In this document: positions 1 to 10,589 of the stretch, one piece after another | Numbering within the stretch: the first letter of the stretch is position 1 | Layout: each line of letters opens with the position of its first letter | Source: an uncultured Spirochaetota bacterium | GTDB taxonomy: Bacteria > Spirochaetota > Spirochaetia > SZUA-6 > CAVTHK01 | DNA length: 64,000 nt | Direction of reading: 5' to 3' | Assembly (NCBI GenBank): GCA_963734495.1 | Contig: CAVTHK010000007.1 | Span: 288,001 to 352,000 of the forward strand | Position numbers and translations under genes: made by a program | Notes under the pieces: generated by a model | What the model was told of the DNA's origin: nothing | What the model saw: only the letters and a program-made list of their open reading frames with translations | The model's database searches: none

Positions 1-1432
1 CTGCCGCGAGCGGTCCCCAGGTCGCGACGGGGGTCGACCCCGGCTTGCGGAGGACGAGGATCTGGATCGCGAAGTACATGCCCCACAGCACCGCGAGCCA
101 GCCCGGCTCCTGGTAAGCGCCCAGCGACGGGAGCTTGCGGAGAAAGTTGATGCTGTGGGCGATCGTGATGTGCACGGCGCCGATGACGAAGCAGATCGCC
201 ATCAGGATCGGGGTCGTGTTGACGCCGCCGAGCGGGTAACTCGCGATCGAGTTGACCGTCAGGGCGCGCAGGGGCGGCAGGTTCGCCAGCGCCTCGGAGC
301 CGAACCAGGTCCCCGTGATGGCACCGTAGACCACGGTCAGCGTGCTCGTGGCGATGAGGAGCTGGAAAAAGTCGGGGGGGAACTTCGGAAAGCGGGACTT
401 CGCCCAGATCGAGAGCCCCAGGTACACCAGCCCGTAGCCCGCATCTCCCACGATCATGGCCCAGAACAGGCTGAAGAACATCAGGAACCAGGGGCTGATG
501 TCATACTCGCCGTAGCCGGGCACGGTGCCCAGGAAGTCGATGACCGGCTTGATGGGCCTGAGCCACCCGGGGTACGCGATCAGCGTGGGGACGGGGTCGT
601 CTTCGCCGGGCTCCTCCACGAGCATCGCCCAGCCGCCGCGCGCCGAGGCCTTTTCGACCTCCTCGACACGGTCGCGCGGGACGAACCCGGTGAGCGTGAC
701 CAGCGGCCCCTCGCGGCCCATGGCGAGCGCCACACGCTCGAACTCCAGCCCGCGGTCGACATCGGCCAGCTTGCGGCGCAGTGCGTTTTCGTGGCACGCC
801 AGGCCGGCCCGCTCGAGGCGCAGCCGCCGCGCCTCGGCGTCGAGGCGCGCCAGCGCGGCCCGCGCCGCCTCGAGCCCCATCTCGGGAAGCGGCTGGGTCG
901 TCCCCGGCAGGCTCCCCTCGCCCGCCGCGTCGCGCGAAACGACGGCGAGCCTCGTGCGCCCCTTGGCCTGTCCCAGAGTAAGCGTCACGACGCCTTGCGG
1001 GAGCCGGCTCGCTTCCGCGGCGGTGACGGTGATCAGCCGGACCGACACGCCCTTTTCCTCGAGCGCCCTGAGAGCCGCGGGGTCGAAATCGCCCCAGGGC
1101 TCGAGCGTCTCCGCCAGCCGGGCGAGCCGCGCGCTTTCCTGGACGGCTGCCTGCTCCTTCTCGTAGGAGGCGTCGACCGCGCGAGCGATCGCCAGCGGAT
1201 CAGCCGCCGCCTCCGCCGGAGCTTCCCCGCCGCCTTGCTCGGCCTCGAGAAGGGCGAGGGCGCGCGCGACCAGCGAGCGCTGCTCGCGCAGATCCTCCAC
1301 GCGGCTGTCGCCGGCTCCGACGCCGGGGGCGACCTCGACGTGCATGACCCCGACGCGGCGCAGCTCCCGCAGCGAGTCGGCCCGGTGGCGTTCGAGCACC
1401 ACCAGCGAAACCTTCCGCATGGGCACGATCAT
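1..1432 (-). CDS. atpI: V/A-type ATP synthase subunit I (runs off left edge of window)
   Basis: ATG at 1432 gives MIVPMRKVSLVVL; C-terminal membrane part reads PVIDFLGTVPGYGEYDISPWFLMFFSLFWAMIVGDAGYG, typical of subunit I; follows atpD. Confidence 0.92.
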   Translation of the reverse strand, partial: MIVPMRKVSLVVLERHRADSLRELRRVGVMHVEVAPGVGAGDSRVEDLREQRSLVARALALLEAEQGGGEAPAEAAADPLAIARAVDASYEKEQAAVQESARLARLAETLEPWGDFDPAALRALEEKGVSVRLITVTAAEASRLPQGVVTLTLGQAKGRTRLAVVSRDAAGEGSLPGTTQPLPEMGLEAARAALARLDAEARRLRLERAGLACHENALRRKLADVDRGLEFERVALAMGREGPLVTLTGFVPRDRVEEVEKASARGGWAMLVEEPGEDDPVPTLIAYPGWLRPIKPVIDFLGTVPGYGEYDISPWFLMFFSLFWAMIVGDAGYGLVYLGLSIWAKSRFPKFPPDFFQLLIATSTLTVVYGAITGTWFGSEALANLPPLRALTVNSIASYPLGGVNTTPILMAICFVIGAVHITIAHSINFLRKLPSLGAYQEPGWLAVLWGMYFAIQILVLRKPGSTPVATWGPLAA

Positions 1433-1433
1433 G

Positions 1434-2030
1434 CTATCCCGCCCCCACGAGCTTGCCCTTGGAGATCTTGCCGCGGACGACGGCCGCGGTCTGTTGATCG
1501 CCGAGGTAGATGCCGATCCGCCTGATGCTCTCGCGCGTCTCGGGGATCTTGATCTTCTCGAACAGGTTGACTCTCTGGCTGGTGATCCGCAGCTCCCGGG
1601 CGAGTCGCCGCTGCTGCTCCTCGAGGACGATGATCTCGGCCTCCAGCTTCAGGATCGCGGCGATCGCCGCCAGCGCGGCATCGACCCACAGCGGGGTCGT
1701 GAACAGGTCATAGGCCGCCACGACGACCTCGAGGTCCTGGAACAGCGGTATGTCGATGCCCGCGATGTTGCCCAGCCTCACCCTCAGCCTCAAGTCCTCG
1801 ATCAGCGCCTCGAGCCCGACCTTCTCGCCGAGCAGCCCCACCCAGCTCCGCAGCGCCTCGAGCTCGCGCGCGATCCGCGCCCTCCGCTCCGCCTGCTCGC
1901 CCTGCACCCGCAGGATCTCGACCTGCAGCTGCTGCTTCTTCAGCATAAGGGTCGGGAGGTAGCGGTTGAAGCGCTTGAGCGCGTCTTTCTGCCGCTTGAG
2001 CTCGGTCTTGGTCAGCCGCACCTTGGCCAT
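1434..2030 (-). CDS. atpD: V/A-type ATP synthase subunit D
   Basis: MAKVRLTKTELKRQKDALKRFNRYLPTLMLKKQQL...SQRVNLFEKIKIP; C-terminal part of ORF 1434..4772. Confidence 0.95.
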   Translation of the reverse strand: MAKVRLTKTELKRQKDALKRFNRYLPTLMLKKQQLQVEILRVQGEQAERRARIARELEALRSWVGLLGEKVGLEALIEDLRLRVRLGNIAGIDIPLFQDLEVVVAAYDLFTTPLWVDAALAAIAAILKLEAEIIVLEEQQRRLARELRITSQRVNLFEKIKIPETRESIRRIGIYLGDQQTAAVVRGKISKGKLVGAG

Positions 2031-2053
2031 CGCGCCGCTCCGTTCGTCCGCCG

Positions 2054-3355
2054 CTACGCCGTCTTCCGCGGCCAGAACTGCCGGATCAGCTCCGTGCGCA
2101 ACCCCGTCTCCTCGGGCGTGAAGCACTCGGCAAGGATGCGCCAGCCGCTGTCGAGCGCCTGCTCGAGCGGGATGTTGACCGCCAGGTCCATGAGCTCGCG
2201 CTCGAAGAGCCCGCCGTACCGCAGGAGCTTCTCGTCCCACGGGGAGAGCTGGAAGCCCATCGACTTCTTCTCGAGCGTCTCCTTGTAGCCGGCGTAGAGC
2301 TGGATCATGCCGTCCATCAGAGACCGGTGATCGTCGCGCGTCTTCTTGTTGACCAGCTGCTTCAGGCGCGACAGCGAGCCGAACGGCTCGATGCGGCCGT
2401 TGCGCAGGTAGAACTGCCCCTCCGTGATGTAGCCGGTGTTGTCGGGCACCGGGTGCGTCACGTCGTCGCCGGGCATCGTCGTGACGGCCAGGATCGTGAT
2501 CGAGCCGGCGCCCTCGAAATCGACCGCCTTCTCGTAGCGGGCCGCGAGCTGGCTGTACAGGTCGCCGGGGTATCCGCGGTTGGACGGCACCTGCTCCATC
2601 GTGATCGCGATCTCCTTGAGGGCGTCGGAAAAGTTGGTCATGTCCGTGAGCAGCACGAGGACGCGGCGCCCCTTGAGGGCGAACCGCTCGGCGACGGCGA
2701 GGGAGATGTCCGGCACCTGGAGGCTCTCGACGACCGGGTCGGCAGCGGTGTGGACGAAGAAGATGGTGCGCGGCAGCGCGCCCCCTTCTTCGAGCGTGTC
2801 CCGGAAGTACAGGTAGTCGTCGTACTTGAGCCCGCACCCCCCGAGGATGATCATGTCGACCTCGGCCTGCAGCGCGATCCTCGCGAGCACCTCGTTGTAG
2901 GGCTCGCCCGAGACGGAGAAGATCGGCAGCTTCTGGCTCTCGACCAGAGTGTTGAACACGTCGATCATCGGGATGCCGGTCCGGATCATTCTGCGCGGGA
3001 TGATGCGCCTGGCCGGGTTCACGGCGGGTCCGCCGATCTCGATCATGTTTTCGGCGAGCTCCGGCCCGCCGTCGCGCGGCCTGCCGCGGCCGTCGAAGAT
3101 GCGGCCGAGCAGGTTGTCGGAAAAGGAGACCTGCATGGGGTGGCCGAGGAAGCGGACCTCGTCGCCCGTCGACACGCCACGGCCGCCGGCGAAGACCTGC
3201 AGAGACACGCGCTCGCCGTCCAGGCGGATCACCTCGGCCAGGGACGTCCCCGCCGCGGAGCGCACTTCGGCGAGCTCGCCGTAGCGCACGTCCGCGGCGT
3301 CGACGGTGATCACGTTGCCCGCGATCCTCTCGATCCTGCTGTAGACCTTTCGCAT
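2054..3355 (-). CDS. atpB: V/A-type ATP synthase subunit B
   Basis: [51 protein letters not shown] motifs. Confidence 0.97.
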   Translation of the reverse strand: MRKVYSRIERIAGNVITVDAADVRYGELAEVRSAAGTSLAEVIRLDGERVSLQVFAGGRGVSTGDEVRFLGHPMQVSFSDNLLGRIFDGRGRPRDGGPELAENMIEIGGPAVNPARRIIPRRMIRTGIPMIDVFNTLVESQKLPIFSVSGEPYNEVLARIALQAEVDMIILGGCGLKYDDYLYFRDTLEEGGALPRTIFFVHTAADPVVESLQVPDISLAVAERFALKGRRVLVLLTDMTNFSDALKEIAITMEQVPSNRGYPGDLYSQLAARYEKAVDFEGAGSITILAVTTMPGDDVTHPVPDNTGYITEGQFYLRNGRIEPFGSLSRLKQLVNKKTRDDHRSLMDGMIQLYAGYKETLEKKSMGFQLSPWDEKLLRYGGLFERELMDLAVNIPLEQALDSGWRILAECFTPEETGLRTELIRQFWPRKTA

Positions 3356-3373
3356 GAGTCGACTCCGTGAGCG

Positions 3374-5134
3374 TCAGCGGACGGCCGCGGCTTCGGCGGG
3401 GGCGGCGACGCCGCGCGATGCGACCATCCCGTCGATTTCCTTTTCGAGGCGCCGGAAGTCGTCGCTCTCCCACTCGGCGCCGTTCAAATCGAGAAACCTC
3501 TGCCGCAGCTGCGCGAAGAACGTGCGCGCCTCGTCCTTGCCCTTCAGGGCGATCGGCGCCCGCAGGACCCGCAGCAGGATCCCGAAGACGTAGCGCTGCC
3601 GATCGGCAGCCGTCGCCGCGTCGACCGGGTCGAAGGCGTTCTGCTGCAGGTACACCGAGTCGAGGAACTCGCTCTTGAGGTAGACGAGGTAGTCGTCCTG
3701 GGACGTGCCCTCCTCGCCGACGACCTTCATCATCTGGTTGACCTCGTTGCCGCGGAACAGCACGTCGCGCGCCTCCGCCACGCTCGCGGAATCCACGACG
3801 CCCTGGTACTTGCTCCAGCTCTCCAGCGGGTGGATCGCGGGATAGCGGCGGGCGTCCGAGCGCTCGCGCGAGAGCCCGAGAAAGGCCCCGACGACCTTGA
3901 GCGTCGCCTGCGTCACCGGCTCCTCGAAGTTGCCGCCGGCCGGGCTCACAGCCCCCCCGATGGTCACGCTGCCCTGGCTGCCGTCTGCGAGCTTCACGAT
4001 CCCGGCCCTCTCGTAGAAGGCCGCGATCACGCTCTCCAGGTAGGCGGGGAAGGCCTCCTCCCCCGGGATCTCCTCGAGGCGGCCGGACATCTCGCGCATC
4101 GCCTGAGCCCAGCGCGAGGTCGAGTCCGCGAGCAGGAGCACGTCGAGGCCCATCTGCCGGTAGTACTCCGCCATGGTCACCGCCGTGTAGACCGAGGCCT
4201 CGCGGGCCGCGACCGGCATGGAGCTCGTGTTGCAGACGATGATCGTGCGCTCCATGAGCGACTTGCCGGTCCGCGGATCGATGAGCTCGGGGAACTCGCG
4301 CAGCGTCTCGACGACCTCGCCGGCGCGCTCGCCGCAGGCCGCGATGATCACGATGTCGACCTCCGCGTAGCGGCTGGTGAGCTGCTGCAGAACGGTCTTG
4401 CCCGCGCCGAACGGCCCGGGGATGCAGTAGGTCCCGCCGCGCGCCACGGGGAAGAACGTGTCGATGATGCGCACCCTGGTCACGAGCGTTCCCGAAGGCT
4501 TCAGGCGCTCGACGAACGCCGTGACCGGCCGCTTGACCGGCCAGTCGAAGCTCATCGAGAGGTCCCGCGTCGCGCCCCTGCCGTCCTCGACCGTGGCGAC
4601 GACGTCGTCGACTGAGTACTCTCCCGCGGCCGCGATCTTCCGCACCACGCAGCTCTCGCGCATCGAGAACGGCACCATGACGCGGTGCGTGAATATGCCC
4701 TCCGGAACCGTTCCGAGGACGGAAGCGGCTTTGACCGTGTCGCCGACCTTTGCGACCGGCGTAAAAGCCCACTTGCGCTGCGCGGGCAGCGCCGGGAAGT
4801 AGACGCCCCGCTCGAGGAAGAACCCGTGGCGCTCGGCGAGGAGCGGCAGCGGGTTCTGGAGACCGTCGAAGATCTGCCCGAGCAGGCCCGGCCCGAGGCG
4901 GACGGCGAGCATCTCGTGCGTGAACTCTACAGGGTCGCCGATCCCGATGCCCCGGGTCTGCTCGAATACCTGCACCTCGGCCCGGTTGCCGTTGACGCGG
5001 ATCACCTCGCTCTTGAGCCTCTTCTCGCCCAGCGCGATGTAAGCCACCTCGTTCATGAGCACGGCGCCCTCGAACTCCACGGAGACCATGTTGCCGTTGA
5101 CGCCGACGACCCTGCCCTTCGACCCTTTATCCAT
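3374..5134 (-). CDS. atpA: V/A-type ATP synthase subunit A
   Basis: P-loop GPFGAGKT, CGERAGE, MPVAAREASVYT, GRLEEIPGEEAFPAYL. Confidence 0.97.
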   Translation of the reverse strand: MDKGSKGRVVGVNGNMVSVEFEGAVLMNEVAYIALGEKRLKSEVIRVNGNRAEVQVFEQTRGIGIGDPVEFTHEMLAVRLGPGLLGQIFDGLQNPLPLLAERHGFFLERGVYFPALPAQRKWAFTPVAKVGDTVKAASVLGTVPEGIFTHRVMVPFSMRESCVVRKIAAAGEYSVDDVVATVEDGRGATRDLSMSFDWPVKRPVTAFVERLKPSGTLVTRVRIIDTFFPVARGGTYCIPGPFGAGKTVLQQLTSRYAEVDIVIIAACGERAGEVVETLREFPELIDPRTGKSLMERTIIVCNTSSMPVAAREASVYTAVTMAEYYRQMGLDVLLLADSTSRWAQAMREMSGRLEEIPGEEAFPAYLESVIAAFYERAGIVKLADGSQGSVTIGGAVSPAGGNFEEPVTQATLKVVGAFLGLSRERSDARRYPAIHPLESWSKYQGVVDSASVAEARDVLFRGNEVNQMMKVVGEEGTSQDDYLVYLKSEFLDSVYLQQNAFDPVDAATAADRQRYVFGILLRVLRAPIALKGKDEARTFFAQLRQRFLDLNGAEWESDDFRRLEKEIDGMVASRGVAAPAEAAAVR

Positions 5135-5714
5135 TGAAGGCTTCCCCCGCTCTGATCTTCTGCCCGGCCGCGCCCCGGATATGCTCGAGAGTCTCGCGTC
5201 CCCTCGCTTCGGTCGCGCGCGACCGGCGCTCGAGAATCTGGAGCTTGAGCGACCGCGCGATCACGACGTCCAGCGCGAACGGATGGCCCAGCTCGAGGCT
5301 GTCGAGCAGCACCCAGCGCGCCCGGTCGAGGATCTCCTCGCCCGCGAGCGGCGTCGGAGCGGACGCGGCCGCGCGCGCCACCGCCTCGCACTCGACGGTG
5401 TCCGCTCCCCCGTTCTCGAACGAAAGCCTCGGAATCGGCTTCAGGTATCGCTCGGCGTCGACCCCGCGGGCGGCTGCCCTCGCCCGGGCAAGCGCGTTCC
5501 TGAGGCTGATCTCCCAGCGGTACCACCGCACCACGGCCGGGTGCGACCCGGGCTCGGCGTTCCACACGTCGAGCCTCGCCCGGGAAAACGCTTCGGCGTC
5601 GGCGGCGCCCAGAACCCCTTCGCAGTAGTACCGCAGCTTCTCGCTGCTCATCGGCGGCGGAGCGTCGAACAGCAGCGTCGGCAGCGACGCGACCAGCGCG
5701 TGATACTGGCTCAA
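5127..5714 (-). CDS. DUF2764 family protein (putative V/A-ATPase subunit C)
   Basis: TTG start overlapping the atpE stop; YHALVASLPTL N-terminus, WEISLRNALARARA, ARSLKLQILERR; sits between atpE and atpA. Confidence 0.8.
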   Translation of the reverse strand: MSQYHALVASLPTLLFDAPPPMSSEKLRYYCEGVLGAADAEAFSRARLDVWNAEPGSHPAVVRWYRWEISLRNALARARAAARGVDAERYLKPIPRLSFENGGADTVECEAVARAAASAPTPLAGEEILDRARWVLLDSLELGHPFALDVVIARSLKLQILERRSRATEARGRETLEHIRGAAGQKIRAGEAFNG

Positions 5715-6320
5715 CCCGCCTTCTCCTCGAGGCACGCCGCCAGCCGGGGATTGAGGTGCTCCATCAGGTACTCGGCGAGGGCCGAATCCGTGAAGTCGAA
5801 GTAGGCGGCCCCGTTCTTTTCCGAGACGCGGAACCCCGCGAGGATCGAGGACGAAGGCTTGATGGCGAGCCCGCGCCGGACCTGATCGGCGACGGCCGCG
5901 AGGAGCGAATCGCGCATGGCGTCCCAGGCGGCGGACGGAACCAGCACGTCGTAGGCGACCTCGGAGTCGCTGCGCCAGTTGCGGAACAGGGACGCGAGCG
6001 CCTCCTTGACCGCGTCGCCCTGGAGCGCACCGGTGACGCGGGCGCGGAGGATCGCGGTAAAGGTGCGCTCGAGCTCTTTGCGGAGACCGAGGATGACGTC
6101 GCGGGCCGCCTGCCGGACGCCCTCGCGACCGGTCTGCTCGAACCGAAGCGCCTCCGCCTTCGCCCGCTCGACGAGGGACTCCGCGCGGGCGCGAGCTTCC
6201 GCGACGATGCCGGACTGCCTGCTCTTCGGCCTTGCGCCTGACGCTTGCAGCCTCCTGCTCGGCCGCCTCGAGCCCTTCTTTTTTGATCTTCTCTATCAGC
6301 TCTTTCAGCTGAGCACTCAT
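5711..6320 (-). CDS. atpE: V/A-type ATP synthase subunit E (frameshift near 6210)
   Basis: N-terminus MSAQLKELIEKIKKEGLEAAEQEA; C-terminus AGFRVSEKNGAAYFDFTDSALAEYLMEHLNPRL in another frame; span of 610 nt is not a multiple of 3. Confidence 0.88.
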
Positions 6321-6453
6321 GAGCACCTCTTTGTCGTATGGACGATTGCGGAAAGGCGGTGCGCCAGCCGTGAGATATTAGCGGATGACATCGCCCTTAG
6401 CAAGCGGAAGGAGGTCAAAGCTGAAGGTGCGCGCGCCGCTCGAGGCCGCCCCT

Positions 6454-6828
6454 TCAGGCGGACGGCGCGCGCACGAGGTGCTGCCGCACGTACGAGGCCA
6501 CTTTCGCGATCTTCCGCTCGACCAGCGCTCGCACCACCGGGTCGAACCCGCCGCACTTGATGCGGTCGGCGAGCCGCGCGCGCACGCCGGCGAGCAGGTC
6601 CTCGAGGGCGGCATAGCTCTCAGCCCGCACCTCCGCGAGGCACGCGCCGACCGCCGCGACCCCGTGACGCTCCCGCTCGAGCACCGCGACATTCTCCCGC
6701 AGCACGTAGTCCGTGATCTCGCCCGTCGCGCCGCGGCCGCGGGTGTGCTCCTCCAGCGCCGCGATGTCCTCCGCGAGGTCGTCGATCTCGATGCGGAGGA
6801 TCTCCAGGAACTTGCGCTTCTCGTCCAC
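6454..6828 (-). CDS. hypothetical protein (helical)
   Basis: 124 aa ORF with protein-like composition, in line between neighbouring minus-strand genes. Confidence 0.7.
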   Translation of the reverse strand: MDEKRKFLEILRIEIDDLAEDIAALEEHTRGRGATGEITDYVLRENVAVLERERHGVAAVGACLAEVRAESYAALEDLLAGVRARLADRIKCGGFDPVVRALVERKIAKVASYVRQHLVRAPSA

Positions 6829-6852
6829 GACGAACCTCCGCAGCGCCCTGCC

Positions 6853-8024
6853 TTACTCCCCCTTGAGCGCGACCGAGATCGCAGAGACGTCTTTCCTCAC
6901 GGCGGCGGCCAGGTCGGCGGAGATCGCGCGGAGCACGTCCTCGGCCGCCTTCTGCTCGGTGCCCCCCTGACCGTGGGTCCCCTTTGCGTGCGCCCGCTCG
7001 ACGCTCGTCTGGTACATGATCTTGCCGTCGGCCTTGCGCAGGACGCGCAGCGTCGCGCGAGCGTCGGACACGAAGAGGTTGTACTTCCGCCCGGCCAGCT
7101 CGAGCTGGCGGATGCTCGAGCAGTCGTTGAGCACCACGACGAGATAGGAGACGTTGGTCTCCAGACCGATGGCGCCGATGGAAGCGAGGTCGCCCTCGTA
7201 CACGCGCGTGAACGCCTGCGGGGACAGGGAGCCGTTGAAGAGGCTCCAGTCGTACGGGATCGCCTTGAGCTCCTGGAACACGGGATTGACCACAAAGGGA
7301 TCCGAGGAGACTCCGAGCCGCGAGCGCTCGAGCACGAGGAGCGTCGCCCGCCTGAGGGGCGGAGCGTACACGAAGTCGCGCTCGACCCCCTTGAACGCGT
7401 AGGTGTAGCCGCGCACCTTGAACACGAGCGACGCCCGCACGATCTGCTCGGCGTTCGGGTTGTCGAAGCTCGCGATCGCGCAGTTGGCCTGCCCGAAGTC
7501 GTTGGTGTTGACGGTGCCGGCGAGCACGCCCCCGCCTTTGGCAAAGGCGAACAGCACCGGCGCGTTGGAGACGAGGGAGCGGCCGCCGGACTGCTTGATC
7601 GTGAGGATGACGCTGGGCATGAGCCGCTGGGTCTCGAGCGTCTGGCCGGTGACCTGGTTGTTCGCCGCGTCGAGCCACGCGGTGTCGGCCTCGAGGGCAA
7701 GGGCGGACCCCAGCTTGGCGAGCTCCGTGTCGGCCCTCGAGCGCGATCTCGTCAGCCTCGCGCGGCGGCGAGGCAGAGCTGCTGCCGCTCCGCGAGCACG
7801 GAGACGAGCTGCTTGATCCCGTCCGCGACCAGGCCCTGATCGATGCGGTCGAGCCCGGCCGCGAGGAACTCCTTCATCCTCGCCACCTCAGCGGCGCCGG
7901 CCGCCGGCGCGGCCGGAGCGCCGGCCGGCGCGGGCGCGGACACCGCGGTCGGGGCCGGGCCCGGGGTCGTGGCGCACGACGCCAGCAGGACGAGAACGGC
8001 GAGCACAGGCAGGACGCGGGACAA
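6853..8024 (-). CDS. hypothetical lipoprotein (frameshift near 7750)
   Basis: SD GAGGAGG then TTG at 8024: MSRVLPVLAVLVLLASC (lipobox LASC) with Pro/Ala tether; continues into ORF 6853..7620. Confidence 0.65.
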
Positions 8025-8154
8025 CGGGAGCCTCCTCTTGGCGCCGGGTTCGTGGCTCAGTATACCATGCGAAGGTCGCTGTCGCTTGCCCGTCCGACGA
8101 ACATCCGTGTACACTGCCAGGCCTCGCGACCGGGGTTCGCGTCGGAGGTGACCG

Positions 8155-9651
8155 TTGCCGCCAGTCTGGAGCGGCCGCATGGCCCGTGGGCCTGACGCTC
8201 TCGTGCTCGAATACTGCTCGGGTCGCGACGTCGCAGCGCTTCCCATGGCGGACGAGCTTCTTCTCCCGTACGACATCTGGGGGACGGAAGCGCACGACAT
8301 CATGCTGTACGAGCGCGGCGTTCTCGCGAAGGGCGACGTGCGCCCCATCCTCGCGAGCCTGCGCGCGCTTCGCGGGCGCGCGGAGACCGGCGACTTCAAG
8401 CTCGACCCGCAGAAGGAAGACGTCCACATGAACGTGGAGGCCTGGGTCACGGACCGCTGCGGGCCCGAGGTCGGCCGCAAGGTGCACACGGGCCGCAGCC
8501 GCAACGACCAGGCCGCGACGGACATGCGGCTGTACGTGCGCGAGCGCCTGCTCGAGACCGCGGACGACCTCGCGGCGCTGGTCGCCACGCTGCTCCAGCG
8601 CGGCCGCGCCGAGGCGGCCAGCGCGATGCCGGGCTACTCGCACACGCGCCACGCCACGATCTCGTCGTTCGGCCACCTGCTCGTCTCGTACGCCCAGGCC
8701 CTGCTGCGCGACCTCGAGCGCCTCGGCTTCGCCTACAGCCTCGCGAACCAGAGCCCCCTCGGCGCGGCCGCCGGGTTCGGCACCTCCTGGCCGATCGACC
8801 GGGAGCGCACGGCGGAGCTCCTCGGCTTCGACGGGGTGCAGCTGAACACCATCGACTGCGTGTCGTCGCGCTGGGAGACCGAGGCGGAGACGGCGGCTGC
8901 CTTCAGCTTTCTCATGAGCCACCTCGCGCTCGCCGCGCAGGACCTGATCTTCCTCTCGACCTCGGAGGCCCGCATGGTACGCCTGGACGACGGCGTCGTG
9001 CAGGGCAGCTCGATCATGCCGCAGAAGCGCAACCCCGATCCGCTGGAGGTCACGCGCGCCAAGGCCGTCCTCGCCCACTCGACGTTCCAGGCGCTGGTCG
9101 GGATCGCGCGCGGCGGGCTCTCGGGCTACAATCGCGACCTCCAGTACACCAAGTACCTCGTCATCGACCTGCTGCGCGAGTGCGGAAAGGCGCCCGCCGT
9201 GATGCGGCGGGTCGTGGAAGGGCTCGAGCCCGACCGCGCGCGGATGAAGGACCTCGCCGGCCGCGACTTCCTCAACGCCGTCGACGTGGCGGACACCCTC
9301 GCCCGCTCGCTCGGGCTGCCGTTCCGCCAGGCCTACGACGTGGTCGCCGATGCGGTGCACGCGTGCGAGGCCCAGGGGAGGCTCACCCCCGCGGCCGTCA
9401 ACGCCGCTCTTTCCCGGGCGGGCGTGTCCGGCCGCCTCGGCGAAACCGAGTTCCGCGCCCTCGATGACCCGGCCGCGCTGCTGGAGTCGCGCGGCCACCT
9501 CGGCGGGCCCGCGCCCCGGGCCCTCGAGTCGACCGCGGCCGCGCTCGAGCAGCGGCTCGAGCGGCTGCGGGCCGACGTCCGCGGCCGCAGGGATCGCCTC
9601 GCCGCGGCGTGGAAGGCCAAGGAAGAGGCGGCTTCGCTGCTGCTCGCATGA
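8155..9651 (+). CDS. argH: argininosuccinate lyase
   Basis: EDVHMNVE, HTGRSRNDQ, GSSIMPQKRNPD, SGYNRDLQ motifs. Confidence 0.95.
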   Translation: MPPVWSGRMARGPDALVLEYCSGRDVAALPMADELLLPYDIWGTEAHDIMLYERGVLAKGDVRPILASLRALRGRAETGDFKLDPQKEDVHMNVEAWVTDRCGPEVGRKVHTGRSRNDQAATDMRLYVRERLLETADDLAALVATLLQRGRAEAASAMPGYSHTRHATISSFGHLLVSYAQALLRDLERLGFAYSLANQSPLGAAAGFGTSWPIDRERTAELLGFDGVQLNTIDCVSSRWETEAETAAAFSFLMSHLALAAQDLIFLSTSEARMVRLDDGVVQGSSIMPQKRNPDPLEVTRAKAVLAHSTFQALVGIARGGLSGYNRDLQYTKYLVIDLLRECGKAPAVMRRVVEGLEPDRARMKDLAGRDFLNAVDVADTLARSLGLPFRQAYDVVADAVHACEAQGRLTPAAVNAALSRAGVSGRLGETEFRALDDPAALLESRGHLGGPAPRALESTAAALEQRLERLRADVRGRRDRLAAAWKAKEEAASLLLA

Positions 9652-10583
9652 AACGCGCCGCCTTTGTCCTGCTCGCGCTCCTGCTGCCCCTCGTCGTCTT
9701 TGCGCGCGGCAGCCGCGAGCCGGACCTCGTCGTCGCCGCGGTCCAGATCCGCGTCGATGCTTCGCTCCTGCGCACGCCCGTCGTCTACGAGCGCGCCCTC
9801 CGCGACGCCGCCGCGGCCGCGGGCCGCGGCGGGCACGCGGACCTGATCGTGTTTCCCGAGTACACGGCCGCCTTTTTCGCCCTCGCCGGCATCGGCGAGG
9901 AGCTCGCGCGCGCTTCCACCTCCGAGGAACTGCTGGCCGCCGTGCGCCGCACCGACCCGACGATCAGGACCCCCGCCGACTTCTTTGCCGCGCACGCGGA
10001 CGAGGCGCAGGGATGGGCCACGCAGGTCTTTGGCGAGATCGCCCGCGAGCAGCGCGCCTGGGTCGTCGCCGGGACGTGGTTCGCGCCCGACGGAGCGGGA
10101 GGGCTGAGGAACCGGGCCCTCGTGATGTCCCCCGACGGCGCGGTGGCCTACACGCAGGACAAGGTCTTCCTGACCGAGATCGAGGAGCAGATGCTCAGGA
10201 TGAGCCCGGGCTCGGTGCAGGCTGCCCACGGGGTGAGCATCCGCGGCCGCGACGTCAGGCTCACGATCTGCCGCGACACCTTCGAACGTGACTGGGAAGC
10301 TCAGCACCGGGGCGCGGACCTCTGGATTGACATCAAGGCGAACGGCGCGGCCTTTACCGGCGAGGAGCGGGCCTCCTTTGCCCGCGCGCTGCCCGCGAGG
10401 CTCGCGCCCGCTCGCGTCTCCTACGGGCTGACGGTCTGCCTGACGGGCTCGCTGCTGGAGTTCCTCTGGGAAGGCGAGTCGTCGTTCATACGCGCCGACC
10501 CCGCCGGCGGCACCGTGACGCTGCAGGCCGCGCGGTCGGCCGCGGCTTCCGAGGTCATGGTCGTGAGGGTCCCGAGGAGGTAG
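9648..10583 (+). CDS. carbon-nitrogen hydrolase (nitrilase superfamily) with signal peptide
   Basis: ATGA overlap with argH; MKRAAFVLLALLLPLVVFARGSRE; triad-like FPEY / QDKVFL / ICRD. Confidence 0.8.
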   Translation: MKRAAFVLLALLLPLVVFARGSREPDLVVAAVQIRVDASLLRTPVVYERALRDAAAAAGRGGHADLIVFPEYTAAFFALAGIGEELARASTSEELLAAVRRTDPTIRTPADFFAAHADEAQGWATQVFGEIAREQRAWVVAGTWFAPDGAGGLRNRALVMSPDGAVAYTQDKVFLTEIEEQMLRMSPGSVQAAHGVSIRGRDVRLTICRDTFERDWEAQHRGADLWIDIKANGAAFTGEERASFARALPARLAPARVSYGLTVCLTGSLLEFLWEGESSFIRADPAGGTVTLQAARSAAASEVMVVRVPRR

Positions 10584-10589
10584 AGCGGC

